The translations under genes and the position numbers were made by a program. The notes below the pieces were generated by a model. The model ran no database searches and had not been told where the DNA came from. It saw nothing but the letters and a program-made list of their open reading frames with translations. Shown one piece after another: positions 54,601 through 64,000 of a DNA stretch of 64,000 nucleotides (position 1 is its first letter; each line of letters opens with the position of its first letter). The stretch spans positions 5,616-69,615 of the IMG/VR virus record IMGVR_UViG_3300032305_001907; one strand, written 5' to 3'. The stretch is from a virus. Lineage: Duplodnaviria; Caudoviricetes.

Positions 54601-54872
54601 TTCCAAATCTTCCAGCCAGCAGGAGTGAGGCTACTATCCAACCATGCTTCACCAATGCTATTGCCAGTGGAGCCACCAGTTGCCGGGCTGCTGTTGGGTG
54701 CCGTAGCACCATAATGAGCAGGACCAGCCTTGATGATATTATTTGCGTTGTCCTTAAAGAAGATACCAGGAGTGCCGCTAGCAGTGTTGAGCGCAATCTG
54801 TCCGTCTGCGATGGCAGAAGTGGGACGCTTGGACGCAGTGCTGCTGCGAATGGACTGACGAATGGAGGGCAT
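51660..54872 (-). CDS. Long tail fibre with repeated modules and C-terminal chaperone/autocleavage-like domain
   Basis: 1070 aa G/A/T/S rich; repeated ERLRITSAG / RIDSSGRLLVG / PGRLVFSTTADGAASPTER units; C-terminal GDLLMSAGDG...CVLMAC. Confidence 0.85.
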   Translation of the reverse strand: MPSIRQSIRSSTASKRPTSAIADGQIALNTASGTPGIFFKDNANNIIKAGPAHYGATAPNSSPATGGSTGNSIGEAWLDSSLTPAGWKIWNGSAWVNATPLSSDTVQGLVELATNAEVQAGADTARAVTAAGLQSKVSDSISTTSSSGIASSTAVKTAYDLANAALPKSGGIITGNLEIGSTGSFTFEGATADAFETTLAVVDPTADRTITFPDTTGTVVTTGDSGTVTSTMILDGTILNADINASAAIVDTKLATISTADKVSLSALNIDGGTDIGAALADVDLFIVDDGGAGTNRKAAATRITDYAFGKVSGDITIGSTGTAAISSGVIVNADVNASAAIDGTKISPGFGGQNTTTTGTSTAGSFIPTGGTAPTNGVYLPSANNVAISTNGTQRLAVDTAATTSTLPVVHPLGAVGTPSITFTGDLNTGIYSPAADTLAFVEGGAEAMRIDSSGRLLVGASSAFDTWTAATNYQFGIEQNAALSTLALKTNAASAGGAYVSFGKSRGTTANSKTVVQNGDALGGVYFEGADGTNMAPAASISAQVDGTPGTNDMPGRLVFSTTADGAASPTERLRITSAGLVGLGTSSPSSNLHVSAASSTAIKISETNNGVSGSLQAGSTSVSLGADTNHSLNFYTNAAERLRITSAGNVGIGTTAPAGKLHVNVASDTAAIFYSSGANMVNIAALNDAGSSSKQLVLDGSPLAFNIASVEKARIDSSGRLLVGTSSALPIGGSNHAVQNETTGASISATRHGGTTAGDGAVISLSRSRGTTSGSVTAVANGDALGYLQFCGSNGSDFSNYAAWIACEVDGTPFSGGDTTDLPGRLVFSTTADGAASPTERMRITQAGNLRIGQSTTDGPGIAGDNTVGTAIGSNGYVAASRDGNAALYVNRKTNDGDLVLFYQDATQEGTISVSGTTVSYNGAHLSRWSQLPGGATREEILRGTVLSNIDEMCGWGEEANEQLNRMKVSDVEGDKNVSGVFQAWDNDDDTYVDDFYCAMTGDFIIRIAEGVTVERGDLLMSAGDGTAKPQDDDIIRSKTVAKVTSTHITCTYEDGSYCVPCVLMAC

Positions 54873-54917
54873 TCCCTTAACTCCACAAGGACGGGATTAT
54901 TAAACCATTATAGCCGC

Positions 54918-55085
54918 TCAGTATTCTCCTTCATCAAAAACAGTGTCTGCTGCATCTGCCATTTCTCCAATATCACGCCATGCCGTGTAGTAGTTAGCGG
55001 CGGCAATCTTCACCAACACTTGGAAAGGCAGTCCTCCAGGCGGCACTTCAGAGCCGCTGTAGTTAAAGCGGTCAGTGGAGGCCAT
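54918..55085 (-). CDS. Small tail protein (55 aa)
   Basis: MASTDRFNYSGSEVPPGGLPFQVLVK...DEGEY; below ORF-track cut-off. Confidence 0.6.
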   Translation of the reverse strand: MASTDRFNYSGSEVPPGGLPFQVLVKIAAANYYTAWRDIGEMADAADTVFDEGEY

Positions 55086-55088
55086 GAT

Positions 55089-57830
55089 TTAATAGGTGCC
55101 TTCGTCTACAGTGCCAATCGTCATAGCGCCAGTGCTGTTGTCCACCAACACTTCGCTACTTTCAAGAACCACTCCCACTTGCACGGTGCTGGCAATTTGC
55201 GCTCTTCCCCATAGTAATGTTAAAGCTCCCCTCACGTCAGCCACGCCTGTCATGTCAGGAGTGAAATAAGTGCCATCGCTCAACACTTGATAGTCACTAA
55301 CGCTCACTGCACCACTAACCACACCAACTTTTGTCCAATTGGAACCGGTGCCTTGTGATAACACCCAGTCACCAACGGCAAGCGCAAACACAGGCGCTGG
55401 TGTTACGCCTGTACCGGAAGTGGTGCAAATGAGATAGACGGCAGCATTTAATTGCGATGGGGCGGAAAGTGCTTGGCCAACAGTCAAGCCAGCTTCCACT
55501 CCATATTGGTTCAAAGAAACAACCAAATTGGTGGTTGCATTATATGTGCCGCCAAAACGTAGGTTATATTGCGTGGCAGCACCAAAACCTAAGTTAAGCC
55601 AATAGCCATTGACATTGGGCGAAACAGTACCCACCCATATGTAAGCGGCCCTATCACTAGGGTTGATCCACCATTGCCCTGCAAATTCTGGCACTGGTTG
55701 TGTTTCACTGACTTGTGCAATGCCATTGTCAGCCAATTGACTTGCGGAAACACTATTGGCTGCCAAGAATGAACCATTGAACGTACCAGTGGTGATCTTA
55801 CTTGCATCTAGATTTGGAATGTCAGCGGCAGACAGAACCGCGCCATTGCTAACGTGGCCCTGTGAATCAACGACCACTTTTGTATAGGTGCCCGCAGTAA
55901 CTGAATTGGAGTGATTTAACACGCCAAGACCAGTGACGCTTAGGCCAGTGCCAGGGCTAACAGCGCCATTTGCAATTGACGTGGCGATGGGAAGATCAGT
56001 GGCAGTAAGTGATCGAAAAGTAGGCGTAGTTGCACCGCCAGAAATGGGACCAACCAACACTGCATTAGCGCTTTGAGCTTCCATTACGCTGGTGATAACA
56101 GCACTGAAATTATCAGGGTACGCAACAGTAAAATTTAATGGTGTTGTATCACTAAAAGTGATAGTTTGCAGACCAGCAGTACGCTGCCACGCACTACCAT
56201 CCCAGATATAAGTGAAGCCAGTATTACTATTTAACCATTGCTGACCAGTGAAAGCACCCACTCCAGAAGGTGCATTTCCACTAACAACAGTTGCAGAGCT
56301 ATCAGCAAGTTTGGCACCAGTAACCGCATCGTCGGCAATCGTTGCAGCAAACGTGCCAGCGCCAGTGCCAGTTACATCACCAGTGAGGGCAATGGTTTGA
56401 TCACCAGTATTGGTGCCGCTGCTAGTACCACTGAATGTGCCACTTTGAGTGGCAAGGGTGCCAAGTCCGAGATTAGTGCGAGCATTTGCAACCGTAGAAG
56501 CGCCTGTACCACCATCAGCAATGGCAAGGTCTGTGATGCCGGTTACGCTACCCCCAGTGATTGATACATTGCTTGCTTCTTGAGTGGCGATGGAGCCCAG
56601 TCCAAGCGTGGTTCGTTGCGTGGCGGCATCAGCATCATCAAGTAAAGCACGGCCAGCGGCAGTAATTGTGCCAGGCGTATAAACATCTGCAGCAGTGGTG
56701 TAAAGATATTGATCTGGAACAGTGGTGAGGCTGGAAATGCTTTGCAGGCCAGCGTCATAGGCCTGCACGTCAGTGCCAATGGCAAGGCCGAGATTGGTGC
56801 GGGCATCGGCAGCAGTGGATGCTCCAGTACCACCATCAGCCACTGCTAAATCAGTGATACCGGTGATGGAACCACCAGTGATAGTAGCAGTGCCAAGAGA
56901 TGAAACAGAAGAAGTGAGGCCAGAAAGTGTTGCGGAACCATTGGCAATACTTACAGTGCCAAGAGAGGAAATAGTGGAGGTGAGGCCAGAAACAACAACA
57001 GAGCCTCCAGTGATCGCCACGGCATTAGCCGCTTGTGTGGCAATAGTGCCAAGGCCAAGAGTGGTGCGCTGTGCGGCAGCGTCTGCATCATCAAGCAGAT
57101 CACGCCCAGCAGAAGTAAGGGTGGTGGTTGCGTAGGTGTCAGAAGCAGTGGTATAAATGAATTGCCCAGAAGCCGTGGTTAGTCCTGCAATACTTTGCAA
57201 GCCTGCATCGTAAGCTTGAACATTGGTGCCAATGGCCAATCCAAGAGTGGTGCGTTGATCACTTGCACTAGCATCATCAATCAATGCGCGGCCAGCAGCC
57301 GTACAAACAATTTCTTCGACAATGCCAGAACCAACGCTGCTGCGTCCAAGTAGTCGATCAGTGGCGCTTACGTCTTGAAGCTTGGCATAGGTGACAGCAT
57401 TGCCAGAAATTGCGGCAGTACCAATGGACAGTGCCGCGTAATTATCACCGTCAACTTTGATGTCAGCAAATGCACCAGCATCATAAACTTGGACAGTTTT
57501 ATCAGTGGTATTAATCCATAAGCGTCCTTCAAAATTATCGCCCGATGGCACTACGGAAGCGGTGGAAACGCTGCTGTCATCAGCTAATTTTGCTGCTGTA
57601 ATGACATCATCCGCCAAACTAGTGGTGCCAAGTTTAGTGGCACTGGCTTGATTGATTTTTGCGATGTCAATTGTGCTAGCATTGATCAGAGCAACACCAG
57701 CGGCCACCAAGTCTTTCGCCGTGACTTTCTTGGTCTCGCTTGCGCTAATGTCTACAATGGGCAGCACATCAATATCTGCCACGCCACTCGCAGGAAGCGC
57801 TGTTAGCTGCGTAATACGCTGGTCAGCCAT
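55089..57830 (-). CDS. Tail fibre/tail spike structural protein with internal repeats
   Basis: 913 aa; repeats VQAYDAGLQSI..LTT....YTTA.D.Y....T.AGR.LLDDADAA.QRTTLGLG. Confidence 0.8.
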   Translation of the reverse strand: MADQRITQLTALPASGVADIDVLPIVDISASETKKVTAKDLVAAGVALINASTIDIAKINQASATKLGTTSLADDVITAAKLADDSSVSTASVVPSGDNFEGRLWINTTDKTVQVYDAGAFADIKVDGDNYAALSIGTAAISGNAVTYAKLQDVSATDRLLGRSSVGSGIVEEIVCTAAGRALIDDASASDQRTTLGLAIGTNVQAYDAGLQSIAGLTTASGQFIYTTASDTYATTTLTSAGRDLLDDADAAAQRTTLGLGTIATQAANAVAITGGSVVVSGLTSTISSLGTVSIANGSATLSGLTSSVSSLGTATITGGSITGITDLAVADGGTGASTAADARTNLGLAIGTDVQAYDAGLQSISSLTTVPDQYLYTTAADVYTPGTITAAGRALLDDADAATQRTTLGLGSIATQEASNVSITGGSVTGITDLAIADGGTGASTVANARTNLGLGTLATQSGTFSGTSSGTNTGDQTIALTGDVTGTGAGTFAATIADDAVTGAKLADSSATVVSGNAPSGVGAFTGQQWLNSNTGFTYIWDGSAWQRTAGLQTITFSDTTPLNFTVAYPDNFSAVITSVMEAQSANAVLVGPISGGATTPTFRSLTATDLPIATSIANGAVSPGTGLSVTGLGVLNHSNSVTAGTYTKVVVDSQGHVSNGAVLSAADIPNLDASKITTGTFNGSFLAANSVSASQLADNGIAQVSETQPVPEFAGQWWINPSDRAAYIWVGTVSPNVNGYWLNLGFGAATQYNLRFGGTYNATTNLVVSLNQYGVEAGLTVGQALSAPSQLNAAVYLICTTSGTGVTPAPVFALAVGDWVLSQGTGSNWTKVGVVSGAVSVSDYQVLSDGTYFTPDMTGVADVRGALTLLWGRAQIASTVQVGVVLESSEVLVDNSTGAMTIGTVDEGTY

Positions 57831-57855
57831 TTACTAATCTCCAGATGGATTCATT

Positions 57856-58731
57856 CTAGTCGGTCACCTCAGTTAGCAAGCCTTCCAGGTCTTCCTTCAA
57901 CACCTTGTCAGTGTCTTCCTTGAGGATGTAACCAGATGGCTGACCAATGAGAAGCTTGATTTCTCCAGTGGTAACAAAATCAATGGCGCAAGAAATAAGA
58001 GCATCAGCGCTTACTTCCACGCCAGACTTAGTAATGACGGCATCAAATTCATAATAGATATTTTTTGCCGTTGAGTAAAGAGTGGTGCTATTGTCAACTA
58101 ATTGCAAGAAGCATGAAAATTCACTGCCAAGTTCCACGCGATTGATCAATTGCAGCATAAGGAGACTGTTCTCAACTTGGCCGCCAGTAGCGGTGCCAAA
58201 TAAACAGTCAATACTGCCACCGCCGCTAATGAGGCCAGCAGAGTGCATGCGCTTGAACTTATCACTTAAGGAAGTTGTTTCGATGCTTTCTCGGTCTGTA
58301 TTGAAAGTGAAACCATTCACATCACCTAACACTCGCTCAATACTGCCCAATATCCTCACGCTAATTTCAATGGGAGCGCCAGTGAAGGCTTCCAGGGGGT
58401 ATTCATTTGCCCTTACATTATTGATGGCATCTGAAAACGTGCCAAAAAGACGAATGCCGCCCATTGCATTGATATTGGAATAGAGCACAATCTCATTCAG
58501 CGTGGCTCCTCCTCCATTGGGCCACGTCGAGGATGGCATGAAATCCAGTCCACGGGGATCATTAGTAGTGATGACCAATTGATCGCCAGTGAGCAAGTTC
58601 TCCAGCGAACCATCAAAACCAAAACGATTCAATATAGTATTGACATCGTTAGGGCTAACTGCGCTTGCAAACGCTGTTTGGTTTTTCCGCTTTAGCTTTA
58701 CCTTGCCATAATGGCCAATGAAATACGTCAT
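57856..58731 (-). CDS. Tail protein with tail-tube-like C-terminal domain
   Basis: FTFNTDRESIETTSL...GLISGGGSIDCLF pattern of tube-fold proteins. Confidence 0.55.
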   Translation of the reverse strand: MTYFIGHYGKVKLKRKNQTAFASAVSPNDVNTILNRFGFDGSLENLLTGDQLVITTNDPRGLDFMPSSTWPNGGGATLNEIVLYSNINAMGGIRLFGTFSDAINNVRANEYPLEAFTGAPIEISVRILGSIERVLGDVNGFTFNTDRESIETTSLSDKFKRMHSAGLISGGGSIDCLFGTATGGQVENSLLMLQLINRVELGSEFSCFLQLVDNSTTLYSTAKNIYYEFDAVITKSGVEVSADALISCAIDFVTTGEIKLLIGQPSGYILKEDTDKVLKEDLEGLLTEVTD

Positions 58732-59174
58732 GCAGTAATCACTTCAACAAAGTCCCCATCCATGGTAAATTGAATTTGAACAGTGGACAGTTCTCCAGTG
58801 CTTACTCCCACGGAGGCGTTGGTAATATAAGCATAAAGTTGAATGTCATCGGCGGCCCCGCCCCCAACATTAAGATCAAGGAAAACCCTATCAGTGGTTT
58901 CAATGGTGCCAGTTTTCATCACCTTGCTAAGCATGGCCGTAAACTGTTGGTAGGAACCAGAATCACCACTTTCTAGACGGTAATACAAAAGCGTGGCGCT
59001 ACCAGTGGCTCCCTTTACACCTGGGGTGAAGGTATTGACAGCGCTGCTAATGTCATTAGTAGCAAGTAGTTCTACCGTCGTGTCCAGGGACCAATCCTTG
59101 ATCTTCGCAATGGGAAGCCCACCAGCAATTGATAAGGATCCAGTGCGGCCAGTATAAAATCCCATGTTAGCCAA
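58728..59174 (-). CDS. Tail-tube-like protein
   Basis: IKDWSLDTTVELLATNDI...PGVKGATGSATL...VQIQFTMDG. Confidence 0.55.
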   Translation of the reverse strand: MANMGFYTGRTGSLSIAGGLPIAKIKDWSLDTTVELLATNDISSAVNTFTPGVKGATGSATLLYYRLESGDSGSYQQFTAMLSKVMKTGTIETTDRVFLDLNVGGGAADDIQLYAYITNASVGVSTGELSTVQIQFTMDGDFVEVITA

Positions 59175-59192
59175 AGCATCAATGATTTCATC

Positions 59193-62100
59193 TTAGCGAA
59201 TCGAGAAGAGATTGGCATCAAAATCTGCAATTTGCGAAAGTCCATCGCTTGTGCATGGATATTCAGTGGCGCGTACTGTCACCTCACCCTCTTCATCCAT
59301 ATTCACTTCTGCCACTCGAAACACTCGCTTGGTTTTCACAATAGTGCCGAGCACAAAAAGCTTGCCCTCTTGCGAAGCCAGTGTTGCGGCAATACCATCT
59401 TGCACATAGGCAGATTGCGCCAGCACGCCAGATCCACTTTGATAGAGGAGAAAGTTGTAGGTGCCAGTTGGCAGTGAGTTGTCGAGGGGCATGTTGAGGG
59501 CACCGCCAGCGCTGATCATGCCCGTGCGAATGCCATCCCATTGGTTTTGTCCGATGTCCACATAGATGTAGGCGCCAGGGGACAATGGATCCTGCGTGGG
59601 GAAGGTACGGAATTCAATGCCCCTTCTCACCCAATGACGAGTGTTGCACAATAGCTTCCCATAAAGAATTGCTTGATTCTGATTGGTTACAAATTGTGAC
59701 AGGTCAAAAGATTGACGGATGGAATCACTTTCAATAGAATCGTTTCTCCTCACTTCCACTGTTCTATTTCGTGCAAACACTCCATTGATGTCCGTATCCC
59801 TGTAGGTGATTGACGCAATTAAATCCTGCACGTTTGAGCCATAGTCCAAATATTCTTCGCGGTAACTATCTTCAATAATGTTTCCCTGGTTGAACAGGGC
59901 TGAAATGTTGATAGTTCTATCAATGGCGCCAGTGTTTTCGTTATATGGCACTGCTGGCACAAGGGTTTCTTGGCCGCCAATGCGAGCAAATTCAAGCAAG
60001 CTGTATGGTGCCACTCCCACCCAGAATTCCCGCCAACTCGTCGGATCGGCAATAATGCCATCCATGTACAATTGATTGGTCTGACAGAATAATTTTGTCT
60101 TGGCAAGTTGCGTGATGTTAATGGCATTACCATTTGAATACTTGCCAATGCCATCTTCTGCGTCCATGGCGGAATCATAGAAAATGTCTGGCGCAAAGCA
60201 TGTTGGACCATCCTCCGTGGCAGGCAAGTAGTTGTATCCTGGAGTGCCCCATTGAGTGTTGTTTTCATCGCGCCCGCTAGTCCTTAGTCTCTTCACCCAT
60301 CGCCCTTGCGTGACATAGGCAGTGAAACTACGAAGATCTTGTAAATTGCGCCCCGAGAAAATATTAAAGCCAATCAAACTGAGTTGATTGTAAAGTTTTG
60401 GAAAATCAGAAAAGGGCTGGATGGTCTGTTCTGTCACGCAAGTCAAAGATAGCTCCGGGCCATTATCAAAAGTGGAGGTGATTTGCGTGTCAGCATCTAA
60501 ATTAAACAAGTCCCATTCGTTGATGCCACTTGGGTTTTCGTTCAATGGGGGAAAGCCTGATGCACTGCTAATAGTCCTTCCCGTAAATTGAAACTTGTCC
60601 CACGTTTGCGGTTCGCCTGAATTTTCAATGTAAAGATAGGTGGCCTGACCATTTGCACCGCGTAGTTCTGGGTGCTTGGCAAGTTCAGCCAATGGATCAG
60701 CCACTGGCTCAAGCTTAAACTGCCAGAATTTTGCATCGGCAACAGCAGTTAGGCCACTGTTAAATTTAAGATAGATGAAGTTATCATTATCAGTAGCGCG
60801 ACTAATTGCGAAAATTCCAGGAACATAGGCAAACTCCTGGCCCACTTCCTTGTATTTGATCAAGAATAAGCTTGTCCGATTTTTGATGCCATTGTCGCTC
60901 ACTGGATAGCCAGCGCGACGCTCTGAGCCATATTCCGATTGCCTACCGCTAAGGCGTTTATTCACTCGGCCTTTGACTGCTAAATCAACAATATGGCATT
61001 GCTGAAGCGTTTGGTAAGATGCTTCTTCAAACTTGGCAAGTGCTTTAGTGTAGAAATAGTTATCTTCGTCATAATTTGCAATGGAGGCGTCTGCATCCGT
61101 TACAAAGTTGTAAGCCCCAAGTTCCGTGGGCGTGAGCCCTCTTACTTGCTCATTACCAGCGTAAACAGTTACGTCCCGATACTCATAAGTATCACCACTT
61201 GGGTATTGCTGTGAAATTGTTGAATAAACAGCTCTTTGTATGGAGCCACTTGCGAAAATCTCATTAATTGTTGCAGCCCGATAAGTCATGCCATAAGTAG
61301 TCTGCCCATTAGCATCAAATCCAGTTTCTACAATCCCAGCTTCAATTATTCTGGAGTCTTCATTTTGCACTGCCGTTAATGTTGTCTTTGCACCTACATA
61401 ATTTGCTGAATTAAGTACAGACTGCCTATAACTTTCCTGAGCGCCCTCAAGCGTTTGGTTGCTATAGGCAACTGGTGGCGCATATCCAGCCTCCGTGCAA
61501 GACAGCGTAACGATCATGTCGCCATCATCCGTGGAACCCTTCGATACCGTCTGCACCTTGAAGCGAGCAGAGCCAAGTTTGAAGATGCCGCTTTCATCAA
61601 ACGTACTAGCTAGCGCTCGCCTTGCCTCCTGAGCTTGCGTATTCACATCATCGGCATCAGCTCGCGTGTCCTTTAATGTAATTACAATCCTCTTGCCTAA
61701 TTCAATGTATTGCAAGGGAGACCAATTATATACAGTAGTTGAGGTTGGACTATCAAAAATAGAAACATAAATACCAAGTTCTGCTGCCTGCTTGTCACCC
61801 GCAGCATTACGCTGATAAACCAGCACATTAAGAGGCACCACACCGTAAACGCCAATTACGTTTTGTGATGCCGGGGAATAAGCCTGGCTGAAGCCATCCA
61901 CCCTTACATTGGATGATGCTGTTTGCAGGCGATATGGATTGTCGTTGACCGAACCGTAAAGAGTAGGATCCGTGGAATATTGAGAATTGATTTCATTTCC
62001 CCATTGCAGGAAACCAGTGGAATTCTGCCTGAAGTACATCCAACGATTTTGTTGTGTAATGTCGTTTAATGCTGTTTGACCAAACGCGCATTTGTTGATG

Positions 62101-62579
62101 TCAATGGCACCAATGCCTCTACCGCCAAGCGCCATCAATAGTTGGACGAATTGATTTGAGCCATAGCTTCTCACGGCAGACCAAACCAATGATCCAGCCA
62201 CTCTCACTCCACCACGAGCATTGACAGAAATGTCTGCATAAGTGAGATTGATTGGATCGCCATATTTTGCTAAATCTTGTTGGCTGTTGAAGCCAAATCG
62301 TGGAGAGAATTTTTGCTCTCGTCGTTGCGTTTGGCCGCCGCCGCCAGGGGTGTCAAAGCCTGGCAACTTTGGTGTCATTAATAAAGCTGCCACCACTTGA
62401 AAAATGACGCCAATTATAGTCAAAACGATGGCAACCGTTTCCCAGTTCCTAATGTCTAAAATAGTGCCTTCCTTGGGATCGGTATAAATTTCTTGCAAGG
62501 CAATGAATTCTAAATACTCCTCCTTGCTTACGCCAAGAGTGTCAATCAAATCATATTCATACGGAAGAAGTTTTCTCAT
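59193..62579 (-). CDS. Tail tip / central fibre protein (lambda gpJ-like, with gpI-like N-terminus)
   Basis: ~1128 aa; N-terminal hydrophobic segment, KYGDPINL, late GIEFRT..LSPGAYI and FRVAEV motifs. Confidence 0.7.
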   Translation of the reverse strand: MRKLLPYEYDLIDTLGVSKEEYLEFIALQEIYTDPKEGTILDIRNWETVAIVLTIIGVIFQVVAALLMTPKLPGFDTPGGGGQTQRREQKFSPRFGFNSQQDLAKYGDPINLTYADISVNARGGVRVAGSLVWSAVRSYGSNQFVQLLMALGGRGIGAIDINKCAFGQTALNDITQQNRWMYFRQNSTGFLQWGNEINSQYSTDPTLYGSVNDNPYRLQTASSNVRVDGFSQAYSPASQNVIGVYGVVPLNVLVYQRNAAGDKQAAELGIYVSIFDSPTSTTVYNWSPLQYIELGKRIVITLKDTRADADDVNTQAQEARRALASTFDESGIFKLGSARFKVQTVSKGSTDDGDMIVTLSCTEAGYAPPVAYSNQTLEGAQESYRQSVLNSANYVGAKTTLTAVQNEDSRIIEAGIVETGFDANGQTTYGMTYRAATINEIFASGSIQRAVYSTISQQYPSGDTYEYRDVTVYAGNEQVRGLTPTELGAYNFVTDADASIANYDEDNYFYTKALAKFEEASYQTLQQCHIVDLAVKGRVNKRLSGRQSEYGSERRAGYPVSDNGIKNRTSLFLIKYKEVGQEFAYVPGIFAISRATDNDNFIYLKFNSGLTAVADAKFWQFKLEPVADPLAELAKHPELRGANGQATYLYIENSGEPQTWDKFQFTGRTISSASGFPPLNENPSGINEWDLFNLDADTQITSTFDNGPELSLTCVTEQTIQPFSDFPKLYNQLSLIGFNIFSGRNLQDLRSFTAYVTQGRWVKRLRTSGRDENNTQWGTPGYNYLPATEDGPTCFAPDIFYDSAMDAEDGIGKYSNGNAINITQLAKTKLFCQTNQLYMDGIIADPTSWREFWVGVAPYSLLEFARIGGQETLVPAVPYNENTGAIDRTINISALFNQGNIIEDSYREEYLDYGSNVQDLIASITYRDTDINGVFARNRTVEVRRNDSIESDSIRQSFDLSQFVTNQNQAILYGKLLCNTRHWVRRGIEFRTFPTQDPLSPGAYIYVDIGQNQWDGIRTGMISAGGALNMPLDNSLPTGTYNFLLYQSGSGVLAQSAYVQDGIAATLASQEGKLFVLGTIVKTKRVFRVAEVNMDEEGEVTVRATEYPCTSDGLSQIADFDANLFSIR

Positions 62580-62962
62580 TGATTCATCCAAAAATAATGG
62601 CCAACGTTGCCTGGCAGTTTTGATCTAACCACCAGTCTACTGGGAGCGATAAAAAGCACATCCCCATCATCCATTACTGTTCCAAGTGCAGCGCCCATGC
62701 TTCCGTCCAATAACACAACGGCATGCGGCTTTGGCTCGGCAAGACGAGTGCCATTTTCGTTCAACCATTTGATAATCCATCGAAATGGAAAAGTGTGTTC
62801 TGTGTACTGCTCAAACACCCAACCAAAGTCTTCTCGATAGTCATGGTATCCAAGACGCTTATGCACTTCACAAGCCAGCAAAAAGCAGTCGGCTTTGCCG
62901 CTGCCATCACCAGGGTTTCCGCCCCAGCCATGTTCAAGGCCAATCAAATCGTTGAAGTTCAT
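62576..62962 (-). CDS. NlpC/P60-type tail assembly protein (gpK-like)
   Basis: GKADCFLL Cys motif; position between gpL- and gpJ-like genes. Confidence 0.65.
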   Translation of the reverse strand: MNFNDLIGLEHGWGGNPGDGSGKADCFLLACEVHKRLGYHDYREDFGWVFEQYTEHTFPFRWIIKWLNENGTRLAEPKPHAVVLLDGSMGAALGTVMDDGDVLFIAPSRLVVRSKLPGNVGHYFWMNQ

Positions 62963-63429
62963 TGCAGGTAGAGTTGGGAGTCCAATGGAAGGGGGCCAAC
63001 AAGCTCTCGCGTTAAAGTGCGGGCTGGAAAATTGGAAGACACAGAGTCAACGGCAGAACGAAAACGAAGCTCAATAGTGGTTTCACTCAATGATGCACCA
63101 ACCCCCACATAATACTCAATTTGTACGTTAGGAGTGTAAGCATCAGCATTGGTGAGCCATTGAGTGGTGAGCACTAGGGTGCTGAGCCTATTGCCATTAC
63201 CAGCATCTAGCAAGCGAACAATAAGTTCAATGTTGGGGAACAATACTTGCAGCAAACCATTGTCGCCATTCAATGAAGAAATACTACCTTCTGCGCGGAA
63301 AGGGGCAAACTCATATTTCTTACCGCCATAGGTGATTTGTTGATTGGAGAAGTAATTTTGATACTGATGGATGGCGCCAGTGCTTGTTGTCAACACTAGA
63401 AACTGGCAAATACGAATATCAATGGTCAT
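62959..63429 (-). CDS. Minor tail protein (gpL-like)
   Basis: ITYGGKKYEFAPF; synteny. Confidence 0.55.
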   Translation of the reverse strand: MTIDIRICQFLVLTTSTGAIHQYQNYFSNQQITYGGKKYEFAPFRAEGSISSLNGDNGLLQVLFPNIELIVRLLDAGNGNRLSTLVLTTQWLTNADAYTPNVQIEYYVGVGASLSETTIELRFRSAVDSVSSNFPARTLTRELVGPLPLDSQLYLQ

Positions 63430-63830
63430 ACGTCGTCAGAATTGGGATCGCGTATTTCACCAATCAAAGTCAATGATACAACGCTGATGCCAGGAAAGAT
63501 GGATTCAATGGCGGGAGGACTTTCGTATTCCCATCGCAAAGTCGATACTGCTTTTACGCTAGTGGCAAGAGAAGCATTCATCCCGGCAACAACAGTGTCT
63601 GGCAATTGGAAGCGTTGGTTGCGTTGCGTCTGGTATTGATAGTGTGCAATAATTGCCTGCACTTTATCATCAGTGATGTTGGTAAATTGAAGTTCTAATT
63701 TTGCGCCATAGGCAACATTGCCAAATGTGCGCTTTGCTATTGTTCCACCAAGAGTGCGGAATGTCTTCTGCGGGAAAATGCCCGGCGTAAAATTACGCTT
63801 CGTAGGAATGTAACTAGGGAAGACTGCCAT
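63426..63830 (-). CDS. Distal tail protein (gpM/Dit-like)
   Basis: 134 aa directly after tape measure. Confidence 0.55.
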   Translation of the reverse strand: MAVFPSYIPTKRNFTPGIFPQKTFRTLGGTIAKRTFGNVAYGAKLELQFTNITDDKVQAIIAHYQYQTQRNQRFQLPDTVVAGMNASLATSVKAVSTLRWEYESPPAIESIFPGISVVSLTLIGEIRDPNSDDV

Positions 63831-63832
63831 GA

Positions 63833-64000
63833 TTACATTCCAATGCGACGACGGGTTTGAGGAGACTGCTGAATTTTATCTAGCGTCATCGCCATGCCTT
63901 TGTTTGCGCCATCCCTGGAAGCCTGACGACGAGTTTGTGCCATTGCCGCCTCAAGTTGATCTCGGCTAACGTATTCTACACCATTGATAGTGCTAGTCTC
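63833..64000 (-). CDS. Tape measure protein, C-terminal fragment
   Basis: Open frame ETSTINGVEYVSRDQLEAAMAQTRRQASRDGANKGMAMTLDKIQQSPQTRRRIGM*, directly upstream of the distal tail gene. Confidence 0.65.
   Translation of the reverse strand, partial: ETSTINGVEYVSRDQLEAAMAQTRRQASRDGANKGMAMTLDKIQQSPQTRRRIGM

Noticed and set aside
50721-57830. Diversity-generating retroelement or invertible shufflon at the tail fibres
   Set aside because: No reverse transcriptase, no template/variable repeat pair with adenine-specific differences, and no opposite-strand fibre cassettes were seen

Overview
This window is almost entirely one tailed dsDNA phage genome. It is a long non-contractile-tail (siphovirus-like) phage whose host is most likely a cyanobacterium. 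The left end stops inside a probable tail assembly chaperone gene and the right end inside the tape-measure gene, both on the minus strand, so it looks like a circularly permuted, nearly complete genome with only the chaperone-to-TMP interval missing. Layout: head/neck/tail-tube operon (0-7 kb, minus); six-gene glycosyltransferase/methyltransferase cluster inserted in the head operon (7-12 kb); minor head and portal genes; divergent terminase; cyanophage-type class I ribonucleotide reductase; repeat-rich non-coding and early region of small independently promoted genes (21-37 kb); primase-helicase and recombination/nucleotide genes (38-46.6 kb; Sak3-like, exonuclease, dcd, thyX); lysis genes; a tyrosine recombinase; tail fibre and tail tip genes. 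Strongest unexplained signals: (1) a canonical -1 frameshift signal fusing two head-module ORFs; (2) a shared R-x-D motif near the N-termini of the head proteins, a candidate prohead-protease site; (3) six early-gene cassettes in which an RpaB/HLR1-like direct repeat lies 29-30 bp from a -10 box with a hairpin in between; (4) two tandem tRNA-like RNAs with 5-nt anticodon loops; (5) a probable virion-glycosylation cluster. No database search could be run: family names come from motif recognition, and several start codons were refined by eye from the ORF track.
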